The notes under the pieces: model-generated
What the model saw: only the letters and a program-made list of their open reading frames with translations
Database searches by the model: none
Told to the model about the DNA's origin: nothing
Source: an uncultured Gemmatimonadales bacterium
Lineage (GTDB): Bacteria; Gemmatimonadota; Gemmatimonadetes; Gemmatimonadales; GWC2-71-9
Reading direction: 5' to 3'
DNA: 64,000 nt
Assembly: GCA_963730185.1 (NCBI GenBank)
Contig: CAVSQW010000001.1
Coordinates: 32,001 to 96,000 of the forward strand
Translations under genes and position numbers: made by a program
Part shown: piece by piece, positions 61,613 to 64,000 of the stretch
Layout of the letters: each line of letters opens with the position of its first letter
Numbering within the stretch: position 1 is the first letter of the stretch

Positions 61613-62263
61613 TCAGGCCGACGGGCCAGCCGGGATCGCTGCCCGGAGGCGCGCCGGGATCTGGTGCTCGGTCATGCCCTGGTCGATGATCTCCCGCTCG
61701 TCGCCCGGGGCCTTGGGCTCCATCTGGACGATCTGCACCAGGACCAGCTCGAGATCCTCGAGCAGGGTCCTGACTTTCGGGTCGGTCAGGCGCTTTCCGT
61801 CGAGCCAGAGCCGCGTCTGCGCCAGGAGATCCTTGGCGGCCGCGTGAAAGTCGTTCCCCGTTTCGCCTGCCCGGTACTCAGTCAGCAGGGTCTCGACCCG
61901 GCTGAGGTGCTGCACTGCGGCCAGCTGGGCGGCTTCCGAGGGGCCGGACCGCGCCGGCCCCCGCTGGGCGGTGGTCGACGGGGCAGGGACTGCCGGTCCG
62001 GCGCCGGACCGGAGGCTCAGCCTGCCGATGGCCACGCCGAGCACCAGCACGGCTGCCAGGGCGACCCAGGCCCGGGACCGGCTCCAGACCGTCCGCCGGG
62101 ACGCCGCCAGGTCGATCACGGCCGGTCGACTGCCCTGACGGGCCGTCCGGGCTGCCTGGACCCGGGCCCAGATCTCCTCCCGAGGCACTGGGGGTGGGCG
62201 GTGATAGTCCTGCGCCGCCTCCCGCAGCAGCTCGTCCATCCGGTCCTCCCGATCGTCAGTCAT
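61613..62263 (-). CDS. Putative single-pass anti-sigma factor
   Basis: Directly downstream of and overlapping the ECF gene; PP.PREEIWARV cytoplasmic domain, TM WVALAAVLVLGVAIG, periplasmic LLEDLELVLVQI. Confidence 0.7.
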   Translation of the reverse strand: MTDDREDRMDELLREAAQDYHRPPPVPREEIWARVQAARTARQGSRPAVIDLAASRRTVWSRSRAWVALAAVLVLGVAIGRLSLRSGAGPAVPAPSTTAQRGPARSGPSEAAQLAAVQHLSRVETLLTEYRAGETGNDFHAAAKDLLAQTRLWLDGKRLTDPKVRTLLEDLELVLVQIVQMEPKAPGDEREIIDQGMTEHQIPARLRAAIPAGPSA

Positions 62264-62796
62264 CGTCACTCTCCGCGAAAGCCGCCAGCGCCGTCCGGAG
62301 CTTGGCTCGGGCCCGCGACAGCTGGGCCTTGGACGTGCCTTCCTGAATCCCGAGGGCCGTCGCGATCTCGCCGTGGGTGTAGCCTTCCACGTCATGCATC
62401 ACGAACACGGTCCGATACCCATCCGGCAGCGCATCGATGGCCCGGGCCAGACTGGCTCTTGAGATCCGGGTCGGCGACGGGCCGGGCCGGGCGCTCGAGC
62501 CGCTCGTCCAACGCCACCTCCCGATCGGAGGACCGACGCGCCTTTCGGAGCCCGTTGAAGACCACCGAATAGGCCACGCTCGTGATCCAGGTCGACAATG
62601 CCGCCTCCCCTCGAAACGTCTCCAGCCGGTCGAACACCCGGATGAAGGTCTCTTGCGTACAGTCCGCCGCGAGGTCCGAGTCGCCGGTCAGGCGGAACGC
62701 CAACCGGCGTACCCGCTCCACGTGCTGGCCGTACAGCTCGCGTTCGGCCAGTTCGTCGCCCGCCAGGACGCGGCCAACGAGTTCCGTCGTGGTCAA
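62256..62796 (-). CDS. ECF RNA polymerase sigma factor; one frameshift at about 62453
   Basis: Region 2 AADCTQETFIR..FRGEAALSTWI; removing one base gives KSRLARAIDALPDGYRTVFVMHDVEGYTHGEIATALGIQEGTSKAQLSRARAKL (region 4); TTG start after GGAG. Confidence 0.9.
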
Positions 62797-62838
62797 CCAG
62801 GCTCCCGGGTTGAATGCGCCGCCTGCTGCCACCCGCTC

Positions 62839-62865
62839 TGACAGGGGGCCGATGGAAAAGGTTGC
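62839..62865 (-). promoter_or_regulatory. Putative ECF-type autoregulatory promoter
   Basis: GCAACC-N17-GTCA on the minus strand upstream of the sigma gene (AAC / GTC ECF pattern). Confidence 0.55.
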
Positions 62866-62947
62866 TCGGTAGTGCGCTAGGAAGCTACGATCGAGGCGTC
62901 GATTAGGGGCCTGGTCGGACGAAGGTTCTATAGGCTCTAGTCTGTTC

Positions 62948-62969
62948 AATAATGAATGATTCAGTTATT
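62948..62969. promoter_or_regulatory. Putative TetR operator
   Basis: AT-rich dyad AATAATGAAT-G-ATTCAGTTATT (one bulge) 8 nt before the TetR start. Confidence 0.55.
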
Positions 62970-62977
62970 ATCAAGAT

Positions 62978-63715
62978 GTGAGACGCCGAGACCCAGCCCG
63001 CTTTGACATCCTCGTCGCCGCCGCAACTTCGGCCTTCGTCGAACGCGGATTCCAACGGGCTAAGATCCACCAGATCGCTGACTTAGCCTCGATGGGCCCA
63101 GGGACGGTATACCTCTACGCCAAAGACAAAGCCGCGCTCTTTGAGCTCGCCGTCCTCAGGGCCATGGAAAGTCCGGCGGTCGCCTATCCTGAGCTGCCCT
63201 ATCGAGCCCACTCCCCCGCCGCCGCCAGGAAGGCCGCTTACCGCCACGCCCTCGAGGCCACCGTCCACTTTCCCCAGCTCTGGGTGTCGCTCGGTCGCAG
63301 AGAGGTGTACGGAGTTGATGAGGAGTATCGTGGCATACTACTAGAAATATCAACCTGGATCATTCGCTACGGCAACGCGATCAGACTGGCCGAGTCCAAC
63401 CGGGTCGACTGGCCAGAAATCGCCCAGCTTTTTGACAACATTGTGTGGCTTGACGTTCACCGCCACCTCACTACCTACCTCACGACGCGAACGCACACGG
63501 GTCACCTCAGGTCGGTCGGCGAGCCTGCGGCGGTGGCTGGATTCGTCCTCGAAGCGCTGGTGGGGGGCTTGGCGGTCAGGACTGCGGCGCAGGGATCGGG
63601 CGGGCTCGCCGACCTCGGGGGCGGCGGCTCGGCGGCACTTGCCGCCGAGCTCCTGGCGCTCCCCCTGGGCGCCTCAGGGGATGGGCCGCCAGGCCTGCCC
63701 GATACCGGCCATTAG
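62978..63715 (+). CDS. TetR/AcrR family transcriptional regulator
   Basis: AATSAFVERGF..AKIHQIADLASMGPGTVYLYAKDKAALF HTH. Confidence 0.85.
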   Translation: MRRRDPARFDILVAAATSAFVERGFQRAKIHQIADLASMGPGTVYLYAKDKAALFELAVLRAMESPAVAYPELPYRAHSPAAARKAAYRHALEATVHFPQLWVSLGRREVYGVDEEYRGILLEISTWIIRYGNAIRLAESNRVDWPEIAQLFDNIVWLDVHRHLTTYLTTRTHTGHLRSVGEPAAVAGFVLEALVGGLAVRTAAQGSGGLADLGGGGSAALAAELLALPLGASGDGPPGLPDTGH

Positions 63716-64000
63716 TCCCCCCAACAGTTCGATCCCGTCCCAGAGGTTCCGGAGCCGCAGGTTCTCGTCCTCGCCGTGCTGGTTGTTGTCGTGGTTGACG
63801 ATCGGCACGATGGCGAAAGGGGTGCCGAGCACCTGGACGAATTGATACAGCGGCAGGCTGCCGCCCAGGGTTGGGATCCGGATCAGGGGGTGGCCGACCG
63901 CGGCGTCGGCGGCTCGGAGAAGCGCCTGGGTGGCCGGCGCGTCGAGTGACGTCCGCGCAGCCGGATATCCGCCGCTCCAATTCAATCGGACGATGCGCGG
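63674..64000 (-). CDS. M20/M25/M40 family metallo-hydrolase, C-terminal part (5' end off window)
   Basis: GYPAART, PTLGGSLP, VPIVNHDNNQHGEDENLRL.NLWDG. Confidence 0.82.
   Translation of the reverse strand, partial: PRIVRLNWSGGYPAARTSLDAPATQALLRAADAAVGHPLIRIPTLGGSLPLYQFVQVLGTPFAIVPIVNHDNNQHGEDENLRLRNLWDGIELLGGLMAGIGQAWRPIP

Overview
GC-rich bacterial chromosomal window, read by eye at roughly 70% GC; the gene content suggests Gemmatimonadota, which is an inference. It holds about 55 genes and no rRNA, tRNA, CRISPR array, transposase or integrase. In order: a PLDc_N/ABC exporter module; TPP-riboswitch-controlled thiC; hybrid kinase-TauE-MBL/rhodanese sulfur module; hsp20 with an apparent sigma54 promoter and enhancer site; many secreted hydrolases (S9, two S12, M28, two CocE/S15, M61, S41, M20, D-aminoacylase); an mtnP-apt-mtnA salvage operon facing a class II aldolase/SDR fusion; a tail-anchored histone-H1-like basic protein; a 14 kb translationally coupled 8-gene MoxR/vWA/DUF58/BatA/DUF4159/DUF4175-like operon carrying a caspase-fold protein with Ser at the catalytic Cys position and a TPR-gluzincin; an ECF sigma/anti-sigma/twin secreted HEAT-protein/CtpA locus; and a low-GC TetR. 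Repeated VanR/GntR-like 12-bp operator boxes precede three hydrolase loci. Three short gene relics (psuG, an FAD oxidoreductase tail, a Vgb-like propeller) sit in intergenic gaps. Five otherwise intact genes have single-base frameshifts that look like long-read assembly errors. All family calls come from motif recognition, not database searches.
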